This document shows, in pieces, positions 1 to 9,366 of a stretch of DNA of 64,000 bases (the first letter of the stretch is position 1; the number at the start of each line of letters is the position of its first letter). Position numbers and translations under genes: made by a program. The stretch is from Thermoplasmatales archaeon (lineage in GTDB: Archaea; Thermoplasmatota; E2; UBA202; JdFR-43): the NCBI GenBank assembly GCA_014361195.1, contig JACIWA010000003.1, positions 131,894-195,893 on the forward strand, read 5' to 3'. Under the pieces are notes generated by a model. That model worked only from the letters and a program-made list of their open reading frames with translations. It was not told the DNA's origin and searched no databases.

Positions 1-1115
1 CTTTCATATAGCAGCTCTTGAGCAATTTTTAAAACAGGATTTATTTTTTTATCATCATTCTCAATTTTTTGCTCATTTTTCTTAATTTCAGAAATTCCTT
101 CATTATAGACTTTTTCCTTATCAAACTCACAAAAATCTTTGAAAAAATCTTCTACTAGGGGCTCATCAAAAGAAAATGAATCATCTAGAAATAATTTTCC
201 CAAATTTACAGTCGTTTTGAGCACAGAAACAATATCCACACTATTGAAAATTAAAAATTGAATGATTACCATGCCCAGATTTGTTATTGGAATAAGCCAT
301 CTATTGCTAACTATATTGTTTATCCCCCCTCCTCCATATTGAAGCAATGCTCTTATTTCAGTAATACCTTCTCCCATTACTGTAACAAATGTCATCAACG
401 GTTTAAACTCTCCCGTTAAATTATTCTCATAATCTATAGAAAGCTCCATCAACAAAGGCAGGCGAGATGGAATTATTGCGGATATACTCAATTCTTTTTC
501 ATATTTCTTATCTTTCTCTAAGTCATGTATTTCAATTTTCATTCCATCAACAATTGTCTTCCAGTAAATTGTATATTCTTTATCATTTACGCCCAAAAAT
601 TCTACATTTCTGTCCAATTTCATCCTTATGTCATCTAACCTTATATTTTCATAGGATGGTTTTTCAATGACATTTATTGCATAATCTCCCACCTTATATT
701 TATCATTTTTAAACATTTCTTCAAGATATTCACTCAGTGTATTATTAATTAAATCTCTTACCCAATTTTTGTTATATTTCATTATTTTCTCTTTGTCTAA
801 GCTTTCAAAATATGGATCGCTTCCACCATATTTTCTCGCCAATTCATAATCTATTTTTTCATCATCTTTTGGCAGATAAAATACCGGATTTTCTCCTAAA
901 ACTTTCATTGCTTCAAGTCCCGCATATCTTAAAATTCTGACCATTTCCTGTTCAAAGTTTAATAAAGCATATTTTAGCGAAGAAGATTCCAAACTTTCAA
1001 CATGCCTTGAAGAATATTCCTTTTGTAAGTTTGAGATGATTGAAGATGTAAATATGGCTCCCAATAGAAGAAAAACACCGAGCAAAGAAAATGGTATTCT
1101 CCCTTTATTATCCAT
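1..1115 (-). CDS. Partial CDS (3' end beyond the window start). Hypothetical membrane-anchored or pilin-like protein; it begins MDNKGRIPFSLLGVFLLLGAIF and was not in the supplied ORF track
   Basis: Manual minus-strand translation from the ATG at 1115-1113 runs with no stop to position 1. The N-terminus is short and charged, then NKG, then a hydrophobic helix, like the neighbouring genes. It ends 4 nt from the next gene. Confidence 0.45.
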   Translation of the reverse strand, partial: MDNKGRIPFSLLGVFLLLGAIFTSSIISNLQKEYSSRHVESLESSSLKYALLNFEQEMVRILRYAGLEAMKVLGENPVFYLPKDDEKIDYELARKYGGSDPYFESLDKEKIMKYNKNWVRDLINNTLSEYLEEMFKNDKYKVGDYAINVIEKPSYENIRLDDIRMKLDRNVEFLGVNDKEYTIYWKTIVDGMKIEIHDLEKDKKYEKELSISAIIPSRLPLLMELSIDYENNLTGEFKPLMTFVTVMGEGITEIRALLQYGGGGINNIVSNRWLIPITNLGMVIIQFLIFNSVDIVSVLKTTVNLGKLFLDDSFSFDEPLVEDFFKDFCEFDKEKVYNEGISEIKKNEQKIENDDKKINPVLKIAQELLYE

Positions 1116-1118
1116 TTT

Positions 1119-2129
1119 TCACCTCCATATAAATAGAGTAACTTCCGCCCTACAAAAATCAATTCTCTTAACAATTTTACTTATTTCCCCATAATACTCA
1201 TCAATAAAGTCATTTAATCTCTCTTTCACAAATTCGACGATTTTATTGCGTGCATAATCAAACTTTTCTTCCAATTTTTCAAAAGATTCTTCCATCATTT
1301 GCTCAAACAGCTCCTGAAATTTCTCTTCTATAAATTCGCCCAAAAAACTATCTAATTTCAAAATATCATTATCAAAAATCCCTGATTTCTTTACAGTTTC
1401 ATTGAAAATAAAATCACAGATATTTTCTCTTAAACTCTCAAATAAATCTTTTAGTGTTTCATCTATAAAATCCTCTATAATTTCATTCAAATATTCCTTA
1501 ATTTTTTCCTTATCAATTTCATTCTTTATTTTTTCTATCTGAAGCCCAATAGATGTTATAAAGGAAGGAGGCATCATAATCAATAGACGAGATGAATAAA
1601 CACCTTTATCAGGAATTTCATCTCCAACGCATATTTTTCCTCCAAAATCTAACCCAATTATGGGTTGCCATACCGCAGTAAAATTGAATTTATATCCCTT
1701 TAGATTTTCCCTAAAAAATTCCTCAATCTCTTCTTCAAGATTCCTCTCAAAACCTTTAACAAAAAAGTTAAAATTTTTTCCTTCACATCTTATCTGGCAT
1801 AGCAGGCAAGTTGAAACAAGCTCACCATAAGATAAATGAAGCGATTCCTTGCCCAAAAATTTTTTTATTATCCCCTCAACAAACCCCTTCGCTTCTAAAT
1901 CAAATAAAATATACTGGAAATCATTTGTATTACTGCTCAAAAAAGTATATAATGCCTCATTCACCCTTTCCTCATTTTCCTTTTCCTCATAAATGCTCGC
2001 CATCTTCCCGCCAAAGAGGGCGGGCGCCAGCACCATTGCTGATATAGATACCATTATACAAAAAATGATGGCATCCTGCATTATTGAAATTCCCTTTTTT
2101 CCTAATCCCATATGATCACCGTTACCCAT
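1119..2129 (-). CDS. Hypothetical protein with a prepilin-like (class III signal peptide-like) N-terminus; an alternative start at 2111 gives MGLGKKG-ISIMQDAIIF
   Basis: 336-aa ORF. KKG is followed by a ~22-residue hydrophobic helix. It overlaps the neighbours by a few nt, suggesting an operon. Confidence 0.5.
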   Translation of the reverse strand: MGNGDHMGLGKKGISIMQDAIIFCIMVSISAMVLAPALFGGKMASIYEEKENEERVNEALYTFLSSNTNDFQYILFDLEAKGFVEGIIKKFLGKESLHLSYGELVSTCLLCQIRCEGKNFNFFVKGFERNLEEEIEEFFRENLKGYKFNFTAVWQPIIGLDFGGKICVGDEIPDKGVYSSRLLIMMPPSFITSIGLQIEKIKNEIDKEKIKEYLNEIIEDFIDETLKDLFESLRENICDFIFNETVKKSGIFDNDILKLDSFLGEFIEEKFQELFEQMMEESFEKLEEKFDYARNKIVEFVKERLNDFIDEYYGEISKIVKRIDFCRAEVTLFIWR

Positions 2130-2545
2130 CCATAATCTATTTCCGCATCGTTCAGCATGATAGGCATTGATTTTGAAGCAGAGATTGCATTTTTTCCTTT
2201 CTTTTCTCCTATTTCAAAAATTTTATTTCTAACCTCAACTTTTAGAAGAAAATCTCTCTTTATAATGCCCTTCATTTCTTCATAATTTTCGTTTTTAATT
2301 TTTTTGGCATCAATGCAACCATTCCTAATCACTGGACTGTTTTCATTTGTCAATTTTTCAAGCAAGTAATTTGCATCCGCATATCCATCTATACTCCTGA
2401 CCATTTCTTTATAGGAGAGATATACACCTGCTATTAAGGAAAAAAATATTGCAAGAGCCATCATTACTATCAAAAGAGAAGGAAGAGCAGTAAATTCTTC
2501 AGATGCCCTTTTATCTCTTATAAATGAGAACATATTCCTCACCAT
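2102..2545 (-). CDS. Type IV prepilin-like protein (class III signal peptide: FIRDKRA-SEEFTALPSLLIVMMALAIFF)
   Basis: 147 aa. Short charged N-terminus, an Ala/Gly site, an acidic residue at +2/+3, then a hydrophobic helix. Overlaps both flanking genes. Confidence 0.5.
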   Translation of the reverse strand: MVRNMFSFIRDKRASEEFTALPSLLIVMMALAIFFSLIAGVYLSYKEMVRSIDGYADANYLLEKLTNENSPVIRNGCIDAKKIKNENYEEMKGIIKRDFLLKVEVRNKIFEIGEKKGKNAISASKSMPIMLNDAEIDYGWVTVIIWD

Positions 2546-3086
2546 AAATTTCCATTTTTTCTATAAAAACTTTTTCTTTTGGATAAATTATCATCTGCTC
2601 ATATGAAAAAAACTTTATTGATTTTGAAAGATTCTCCGCCAAATAATCTTTTGGATTAGAATATCCTAAATCCTTGTATCTCTCCTCCTCTATAAATTTT
2701 TTTAGCTCCTCACCGCTTTTCCAATCCCAATTGTCACAACGAGGATAAATCTTTATCAGCAACTTTTTATTAACCTCTATATTTTTCCTTATTCTTCCAT
2801 CATTCCTTATAACTCTTATATAATCCGTGGATATGCTCACCTGATAACTAAAATTTTTATCAAGAAATGTAAAGGTTTGATAGCTTGGAAAACTATTGAG
2901 ATCAACTCCATATATTGCTGATGCAAAATTTGATGCAATATTTTTTATCTCCGCTTCTTTTATCCAATCATTGTAGAATGCAAATCCAGCAATACTCAGA
3001 AGAAGAAAGGAAGTGGCTAAAAAAAGGCTAAATTGAGAAAGCAACCAGGATATATCTCCATTATTCCCCAACCTGTATTTCAACAT
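2511..3086 (-). CDS. Pilin-like membrane protein (N-terminal RLGNNG-DISWLLSQFSLFLATSFLLL)
   Basis: 191 aa with an N-terminal hydrophobic helix after Gly. Co-oriented and overlapping. Confidence 0.4.
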   Translation of the reverse strand: MLKYRLGNNGDISWLLSQFSLFLATSFLLLSIAGFAFYNDWIKEAEIKNIASNFASAIYGVDLNSFPSYQTFTFLDKNFSYQVSISTDYIRVIRNDGRIRKNIEVNKKLLIKIYPRCDNWDWKSGEELKKFIEEERYKDLGYSNPKDYLAENLSKSIKFFSYEQMIIYPKEKVFIEKMEIYGEEYVLIYKR

Positions 3087-3471
3087 ATTTCTCCCCGTTC
3101 TTTTTCAGCTCGAGCGTTAGAAAATTTTTTCCAGGGTAAATCTTTTGATCGCATCTCAAATTTACATCTGAATATAAAACCCTGTTTTCATTCCATTTCA
3201 TAACTATTCTAATTGATTTATCTCTTATTTCAACAAAACTAACATCTTTTCCTATATTCACCTCCATTGATTTCCTTGTGCCCTCCTCTGCCTGCGCCGC
3301 CATCAGATTTGCCTCGCTTATAATTTTTCTAATTTCTTTCTCTGCCTCCTCTATTCTATAATTCCTCCAGGTTTTATATAGGGCAAAAGATATAATTGAG
3401 ATGGCAAGGGATGCGATAATAATCATGATAAGATATTGAACTGGTGTTTCTAAAATCCCTTTATTTTTCAT
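3061..3471 (-). CDS. Type IV prepilin-like protein (MKNKG-ILETPVQYLIMIIIASLAISII)
   Basis: 136 aa. KNKG, then Glu at +3, then a hydrophobic helix. Confidence 0.5.
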   Translation of the reverse strand: MKNKGILETPVQYLIMIIIASLAISIISFALYKTWRNYRIEEAEKEIRKIISEANLMAAQAEEGTRKSMEVNIGKDVSFVEIRDKSIRIVMKWNENRVLYSDVNLRCDQKIYPGKNFLTLELKKNGEKYVEIQVGE

Positions 3472-3926
3472 TTAATCACCTTTCTTCCAAATGTAAGAAT
3501 TATGAAAATTCCTCCGATTATTGCAATAAAAGGAGGTGAGGAAACAATATTTTGATAACCCAGAAAAACCATAATTGCTACTATTATTAAAAGCAATCCA
3601 ACCCCAAAACTTGTTATTTCAATCGGTAATATTATTCTCTCCAGCCTTTTTGTTGATATCTTATTTTCTATTTCCGCCAATTTCTTCTCCATTTCCTTAA
3701 ATTTCTCATTTTCTTCTTCAAGAAAAACTATTGGCTTAGCTCTCTTAATTTCTTTTGCCTCTTTTTTCTCATAAAAATTTACATTTTCTCCAGATAATCT
3801 TCTCTCTATTGCATCTATTCTTTTATCTAGTGCTTCAACATTTTGCTCTATTTTTAAAATCCATCCTCTTATTTCCGCATCTTCTCTTGTATATTTTCTC
3901 TCCTCCTCTTTTTTCTTGACTTTCAT
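3468..3926 (-). CDS. Coiled-coil protein with a C-terminal transmembrane hairpin, embedded in the pilin-like cluster
   Basis: 152 aa. The N-terminal ~110 aa are rich in K/E heptad-like repeats and the C-terminus has two hydrophobic segments. The stop and start overlap the neighbours. Confidence 0.4.
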   Translation of the reverse strand: MKVKKKEEERKYTREDAEIRGWILKIEQNVEALDKRIDAIERRLSGENVNFYEKKEAKEIKRAKPIVFLEEENEKFKEMEKKLAEIENKISTKRLERIILPIEITSFGVGLLLIIVAIMVFLGYQNIVSSPPFIAIIGGIFIILTFGRKVIK

Positions 3927-4318
3927 TTTCTAACTACCTTTATTTTTTCAATACCTTCATACTTTTCATAACCAATAGCTCTTACTTCTATACTTAAATA
4001 ACCTTCATTTTCTTCAAGATGGGGCATAAAAGCAATTACCGCCTTTCCATCTATAGTTTTTTGAGATGAAAAATTTCCTAATCCCTTAATTATTACATTT
4101 GCACCGCTAATTGGCTTAGAATTTTCATCAACCACAGTTACTTCTATTAAAATTTCTTTTCCATCAAATTCGTAAATGTCTTTGTCCCAAGAAACAATTA
4201 GTGAAGGAGATGGTTTAAGAGTTCTAATATAAGAGACAACAATAAAAAGAGCAAATAAGCCAATAGCCAGGCTAACAATGAATTTCAGAGGTAAATCAAT
4301 TGTTCCAGAAGAATTCAT
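3923..4318 (-). CDS. Pilin-like protein (MNSSG-TIDLPLKFIVSLAIGLFALFIVV)
   Basis: 131 aa with a hydrophobic N-terminal helix after Gly and the rest predicted beta-rich. Confidence 0.4.
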   Translation of the reverse strand: MNSSGTIDLPLKFIVSLAIGLFALFIVVSYIRTLKPSPSLIVSWDKDIYEFDGKEILIEVTVVDENSKPISGANVIIKGLGNFSSQKTIDGKAVIAFMPHLEENEGYLSIEVRAIGYEKYEGIEKIKVVRK

Positions 4319-4319
4319 T

Positions 4320-4820
4320 CTACGATGAAACTCTTAATATTAATATGCCTTCATCATCAACAAAGCTCTGATAACCAGATGCCTTTACCTCTATTCTCAT
4401 GTAAATCTCTTCTTGATTTTCCTCAAGTTTTGCACCCTTGATGTTTATTTTTGCAACCCCAGTTGCATCTGTTTTGTTACTTCCTGCGGTCCCCGCCCCA
4501 CTGATTGTGACTGTTGCACCACTAATTGGCTTATTGGTATTTTTTTCATATACTTTTATCTCTGCGGTAAAATCAATGTTCAGCACCCTTTCCATTCCTT
4601 TCGCTTTTACCCTCACCAAATAACCTTCGCCACTGATCACATTTCCACTTCCTGTGATCTTGGTACAGGTTGCTTCTATTGGCTTATCAAATGTTATATA
4701 TTTCATCATTGCGAGAACTGCTGCAAGAACTGCAACTGCAATTACAACTATTATTATCAGATACATTGGCAAACCTTCTATCCCCCTTTTATCTCTAAAC
4801 AAATTCCTCCCTTTCCTCAT
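4320..4820 (-). CDS. Type IV prepilin-like protein, candidate major pilin (FRDKRG-IEGLPMYLIIIVVIAVAVLAAV)
   Basis: 166 aa. KRG is followed by Glu at +2 and a long hydrophobic helix. The C-terminal region is rich in T/G/S/A. It is the first gene of the co-oriented cluster, downstream of an AT-rich promoter region. Confidence 0.5.
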   Translation of the reverse strand: MRKGRNLFRDKRGIEGLPMYLIIIVVIAVAVLAAVLAMMKYITFDKPIEATCTKITGSGNVISGEGYLVRVKAKGMERVLNIDFTAEIKVYEKNTNKPISGATVTISGAGTAGSNKTDATGVAKINIKGAKLEENQEEIYMRIEVKASGYQSFVDDEGILILRVSS

Positions 4821-4883
4821 AAAAGTATATACAAAAATTATTTATAAATTTTTTTTTAATCAACTCGCCTAAAATTGCAAAAT

Positions 4884-4898
4884 ACCTAAAATTTAGGT
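4884..4898. promoter_or_regulatory. Perfect 7-1-7 palindrome ACCTAAA-A-TTTAGGT about 40 nt upstream of feoA; candidate operator for an iron-responsive repressor
   Basis: Seen directly in the sequence. An AT-rich TATA-like box (tttttaaatat, 4911-4921) lies between the palindrome and the GTG start at 4938. The ACCTA/TAGGT half-sites resemble DtxR-type half-sites. Confidence 0.35.
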
Positions 4899-4937
4899 AA
4901 GCCGAAATATTTTTAAATATTCATAAATTTCAGAGCC

Positions 4938-5168
4938 GTGGAAATACCTCTTGTTGATTTAGAACCTGGAAAAGAAGGAATAATTGCATCCATAGAAGGA
5001 GGTTTTGGCCTAAAGAGAAGAATAAGGAGTATTGGACTAAGAGAAGGAAAAAATTTAAGGGTAATAGCATCTCATCCCTTTGGTGGGCCAATAGTTGTTG
5101 AGGTAGATGGAAGGGAAATAAGTATTGGAAGAGGAATGGCAATGAAAATATTTGTTGAGATAAAATGA
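4938..5168 (+). CDS. feoA: Ferrous iron transport protein A (FeoA), GTG start
   Basis: 76 aa with an SH3-like FeoA pattern (GKEGIIASI...LREGKNLRV). It overlaps the feoB start by 4 nt. Confidence 0.8.
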   Translation: MEIPLVDLEPGKEGIIASIEGGFGLKRRIRSIGLREGKNLRVIASHPFGGPIVVEVDGREISIGRGMAMKIFVEIK

Positions 5169-6865
5169 AGATAGTTTTAATGGGCAATCCAAATGTTGGA
5201 AAAAGCGTAATCTTTTCTCGCCTCACTGGAGCAAATGTAGTAGTATCCAATTATCCTGGCACAACAGTTGATTTCACAAAAGGGAAAATGAGGCTAGAGG
5301 GAAAAGAGGTTGAAATTATAGATGCTCCTGGCACATATTCCTTAACTCCTTCAAATAAAGCGGAAGAAGTTGCAAAAAAAATTATGGAAGAAGCAGATTT
5401 GATAATAAATGTTGTTGATGCAACAAATCTTGAAAGGAATTTATTTCTTACACTGGAAATTATTGAAGAAAAAAAGCCGATTGTTGTTGCCTTAAATCTA
5501 TGGGATGAAGCAAAACACAAAGGAATTGAAATAGATTTAAAAGAATTGGAAAGGCAATTGGGTGTGCCTGTTGTTGCAACGGTGGCATTGACTGGAGAAG
5601 GAATAAAAGAATTGGTAGAAAGAATTAAAGATGCGAAGGTTAAGGAGAGAGAAAAGACAAGCGATGATGAAAAATGGGTTGAGATAGGAAGAATTATAAA
5701 AAATACTCAAAAAGTAAAACATCGCCACCATACTTTAAGAGATAGATTATCTGAGCTATCAATAAAACCACTCACTGGATTGCCAATAGCAATTTTTGTT
5801 TTAATTATCTCCTTTTTATCAGTAAGACTTCTAGGAGAAACTTTGATAAATTATTTCTTTGATCCAATTTTTTGGTTCTACAAGATATTTGTGATGAAAA
5901 TAAGCAATTTTTTAGGAGAAGGAATAGTCCACGATATCATTGTGGGAAAATTAATTGATGGAGAAATAGATTTCATGCAATCCTTAGGGATAATTACAAC
6001 AGGCTTGTATGTTCCTTTTGGTATTGTTCTTCCCTATATATTTTCCTTTTACCTAATTCTTTCAATACTTGAAGACACTGGCTATTTACCCCGCCTCTCT
6101 ACGCTATTAGACAATATTTTCCATCGTTTAGGAATGCACGGCTCGGGCGTAATACCTCTTTTTCTTGGCTTGGGTTGCAATGTTCCTGGTTTGCTATCTA
6201 CAAGAATACTTGATACAAAAAAGCAGAGGTTTATAGCAATAACTCTTATAAGCATAGCAATTCCATGCATGGCACAGACCGCAATGATCTTCGCTCTCTT
6301 AGGGAGATATGGAATAAAATATATAGCAATAGTTTATTTAACCTTGGGAGCAATCTATACTACTGGTGGTTTGCTTCTAAACAGATTTTTAAAAGGAGAA
6401 AGTATTGAAATATTTTTAGAAATTCCTCCTTATAGGCTACCAAGCATTTCCTCAATCTTCAAAAAAACATGGATTAGAATAAAATGGTATCTTTCAGATG
6501 CCCTCCCATGGCTTTTCACAGGTGTTTTCATAACAACTATCCTCTACTCTTTAGACCTATTTTCAAAAATCTCGAGCATATTCTCTCCATTTATGAAACC
6601 CATATTTGGATTACCCGGCGAGACAGCTTTCCCATTACTCATAGGATTTTTTAGAAAAGATCTGGCGGTTGGCCTCCTGATGCCCCTCAACCTCACCGCC
6701 CCTCAAATGGTGGTGGCGGTGACCGTGCTTACAATTTATTTCCCGTGTGTTGCGTCTTTTGCGGTTTTATTTAAGGAGCTGGGAAAGGATGCAATAAAGA
6801 CAGTGGCAATAATGCTATTCACTGCACTTTTTGTTGGATTTATTATGAAGACAATACTTATTTAA
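5165..6865 (+). CDS. feoB: Ferrous iron transport protein B (FeoB), N-terminal GTPase plus a membrane domain
   Basis: G1 motif GNPNVGKS, G3 DAPG and G4 NLWD motifs, followed by polytopic membrane helices. 566 aa, the typical archaeal short FeoB. Confidence 0.9.
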   Translation: MKIVLMGNPNVGKSVIFSRLTGANVVVSNYPGTTVDFTKGKMRLEGKEVEIIDAPGTYSLTPSNKAEEVAKKIMEEADLIINVVDATNLERNLFLTLEIIEEKKPIVVALNLWDEAKHKGIEIDLKELERQLGVPVVATVALTGEGIKELVERIKDAKVKEREKTSDDEKWVEIGRIIKNTQKVKHRHHTLRDRLSELSIKPLTGLPIAIFVLIISFLSVRLLGETLINYFFDPIFWFYKIFVMKISNFLGEGIVHDIIVGKLIDGEIDFMQSLGIITTGLYVPFGIVLPYIFSFYLILSILEDTGYLPRLSTLLDNIFHRLGMHGSGVIPLFLGLGCNVPGLLSTRILDTKKQRFIAITLISIAIPCMAQTAMIFALLGRYGIKYIAIVYLTLGAIYTTGGLLLNRFLKGESIEIFLEIPPYRLPSISSIFKKTWIRIKWYLSDALPWLFTGVFITTILYSLDLFSKISSIFSPFMKPIFGLPGETAFPLLIGFFRKDLAVGLLMPLNLTAPQMVVAVTVLTIYFPCVASFAVLFKELGKDAIKTVAIMLFTALFVGFIMKTILI

Positions 6866-6885
6866 AACCCCATGATATTTCATTT

Positions 6886-9339
6886 ATGAAATTTCTCCCA
6901 TTGTTCCTAACCTTACTATTTATAACCCCAATTAATTATGAATTGCCTTTAGAGGGAAATAGTGTTTATAGTAATGCTTGCAGGTATAATATTCAGGGAT
7001 GGATATATGTTCATATAGAAGGCGATGCCTATGAGCGAGGTTATCAGCATGGCTATTTATTGTATGCAGAAATAATAGATATGATTTATAGATGGAGCAA
7101 TATTATTCATAACTGTCCATTTATTATTAAATATTTACCAGTTGATGTAAATTCATCAAGATATGAGGAAATATCAGAAAAATGGTGGGAGGGGTGTAAA
7201 AAACTTTCGATGAGAATATTTTGGCCATATTATCCAGAAGAATATAAGGAAGAAATAAGGGGAATAGCGGATGGGGTAAAAGCAAGAGGAGGAAAAGTAT
7301 ATGGGAAGGAAGTGACATATGAAGATATACTAACCCTCAATGAAATGTATGAACTGATGAGCATATTGACGAATTTTCCAAAAGGATTTCACCTTTTAAA
7401 AGATATTTTTAATCTCTTTTCTTTTTCTAGCAGAGATTTCTATGAATTTGCCCTCTCATTTTATCCAATTCATCATTGCAATGGCTTCGCAGCGGTTGGG
7501 AATGCAACAAAAGATGGAAATATTGTTATAAGCGATAGTGTATGGTGCGGGGGATGGTGGTATAGCTATTATATTGCACAGAGATGGAATGTAATACTTG
7601 ATATAGAGCCGAGCAATGGCCATCGTTTGATTATCTCAACTTCTCCTGGTTATATATGGAGCGACGAAGATTTCTGGCAAAATGATGAGGGCATTGCAAT
7701 GATTGAAACAACTTTCATACAAGGAGTTTTTAAACTGAGAGGTTTGCCTCTTGCAGTAAGGGCAAGAATGGCTATTCAATACGGAAGCAGTATAGACGAT
7801 GTAATAAAATATCTTCTTGAAGGAAATACGGGTGTAATGAATGCTCAATGGCTTATAGCGGATGCAAAAGAAAAGGAAATAGCACTTTTTGAATTCGGCC
7901 TCTATCATTATAATATCATAAGGAAAAAAGATGGGTTTTTATGGAGTGCAAACAATCCTTTTGATTTCAGGGTGAGAAGAGATATCATAGGATATGAAGT
8001 TCTTAAAGCTCCTCTATTCAGGCTCGCTCACATTTTGTTTAATGCAACTGGCTACCAGTATTACACCCTTTTTTATACACCTTCAGAAAGAGATATAAAA
8101 TTTGAAGAACTTGGAAATCAATATTATGGTAAAATAGATGCAGAAGTTGTTAAGAAAATAATGTCCTCTCCTCCAATAACTGATTTTACAACAGATTGCA
8201 AAATAACAGACGGGAATTTAATATTTAACAATTCTCTATGGGCATTTTTTGGAAACCCTATATATGTATGGAACACATCTTCATTGAGCAAACTGAAAGG
8301 TGTTGTGGATGTTCCGCCCGCTGGATGGGTTAGAATTGATGGCGTTGCTTATAATTTCTCTCCAAATTTTGAAAAAGGGGCGAGTGGTAAAGGAAGGGAA
8401 GGAAAATTGTTATGGGCATTTGAGTTTGGCGAGAAGAATCATGAACATGCAAATCTTAAAAGCGATGGGAAAAATGTATATGGATATTATGGCAGAACAT
8501 TATATGTTTTGAATGAAAATGGTAGCTTGATAATGGAGAAAGATTTTGGTGAAGAAATAAATGATTTAGAGATAAAAAATGGAATAATATACGTTTCAAC
8601 AGATGAAAATTCTTACTCATTTTCAATTGATGGAAAAGCTTTATGGAAGGGAGAAGGAGGAAAGGATATTGAGATAGGTGATAGGGTTTATACAAGCAAT
8701 GAACTGATAAAATACAAGGATAAAATATATTGGGTAGAGGGAAATAAAGTTTATTGCGATAAATGGAGCTATGAAGCAAATGGAAAAATTTTATCTTTGA
8801 TGGTAGAAGATAATGTGTATGTTGGGGCAATAGATGGGATTTATTGCTTGAATAAGGATGGAGAAATGAAATGGAAATATACCACTGGATGGGGTGTTAT
8901 AGATATAGATATCGGGGAAGAAATTTATTCCGCCTGCTTAGATGGAAATTTGTATTGTATTGGTAAAGATGGAGTGATAAAATGGATTTTTACCACAAAT
9001 GCATCTCTTAAAGGAGTTGAAGCATATGGAGATAAAGTTTTTATTTCTTCAACAGATGGAAGATTTTATGCCATAAATAAAAGTGGAAAAGTTGATTTCA
9101 GCTTTTCACCCTCTCATGAAATTCAAGGTTTGTATAACTATATCACAACTCCTATATCAAAACCTGTTGCAATAGATGGTAAGATAATTTTTTCCGCAAA
9201 CGGAAAAATATATTGTATGGATGCTGAAACAATAGAAATTTTAAATAAAGAGAAAAGGAATGGATCGCCATTCATAATTTTAATTGCAATAATTGCCATC
9301 CTCCTTATAGCCATCTTTTTTATCAGGAGAAGAAAATAA
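6886..9339 (+). CDS. Large secreted protein. N-terminal signal peptide, an uncharacterised ~450-aa domain, PQQ-like beta-propeller repeats and a C-terminal SPF/hydrophobic/RRRK tail
   Basis: 817 aa. Hydrophobic N-terminus, repeated DG.(I/L)Y(C/A) motifs typical of PQQ-like beta-propeller blades, and a C-terminus ending ...GSPFIILIAIIAILLIAIFFIRRRK. Confidence 0.5.
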   Translation: MKFLPLFLTLLFITPINYELPLEGNSVYSNACRYNIQGWIYVHIEGDAYERGYQHGYLLYAEIIDMIYRWSNIIHNCPFIIKYLPVDVNSSRYEEISEKWWEGCKKLSMRIFWPYYPEEYKEEIRGIADGVKARGGKVYGKEVTYEDILTLNEMYELMSILTNFPKGFHLLKDIFNLFSFSSRDFYEFALSFYPIHHCNGFAAVGNATKDGNIVISDSVWCGGWWYSYYIAQRWNVILDIEPSNGHRLIISTSPGYIWSDEDFWQNDEGIAMIETTFIQGVFKLRGLPLAVRARMAIQYGSSIDDVIKYLLEGNTGVMNAQWLIADAKEKEIALFEFGLYHYNIIRKKDGFLWSANNPFDFRVRRDIIGYEVLKAPLFRLAHILFNATGYQYYTLFYTPSERDIKFEELGNQYYGKIDAEVVKKIMSSPPITDFTTDCKITDGNLIFNNSLWAFFGNPIYVWNTSSLSKLKGVVDVPPAGWVRIDGVAYNFSPNFEKGASGKGREGKLLWAFEFGEKNHEHANLKSDGKNVYGYYGRTLYVLNENGSLIMEKDFGEEINDLEIKNGIIYVSTDENSYSFSIDGKALWKGEGGKDIEIGDRVYTSNELIKYKDKIYWVEGNKVYCDKWSYEANGKILSLMVEDNVYVGAIDGIYCLNKDGEMKWKYTTGWGVIDIDIGEEIYSACLDGNLYCIGKDGVIKWIFTTNASLKGVEAYGDKVFISSTDGRFYAINKSGKVDFSFSPSHEIQGLYNYITTPISKPVAIDGKIIFSANGKIYCMDAETIEILNKEKRNGSPFIILIAIIAILLIAIFFIRRRK

Positions 9340-9366
9340 AATTAAATATCAATTTAATTTACATTT

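Noticed and set aside
974-1174. 66-aa ORF from the supplied track
   Set aside because: Low-complexity product. A different reading frame on the same strand gives a long uninterrupted protein-like translation (the partial gene 1..1115) that fits the operon spacing.
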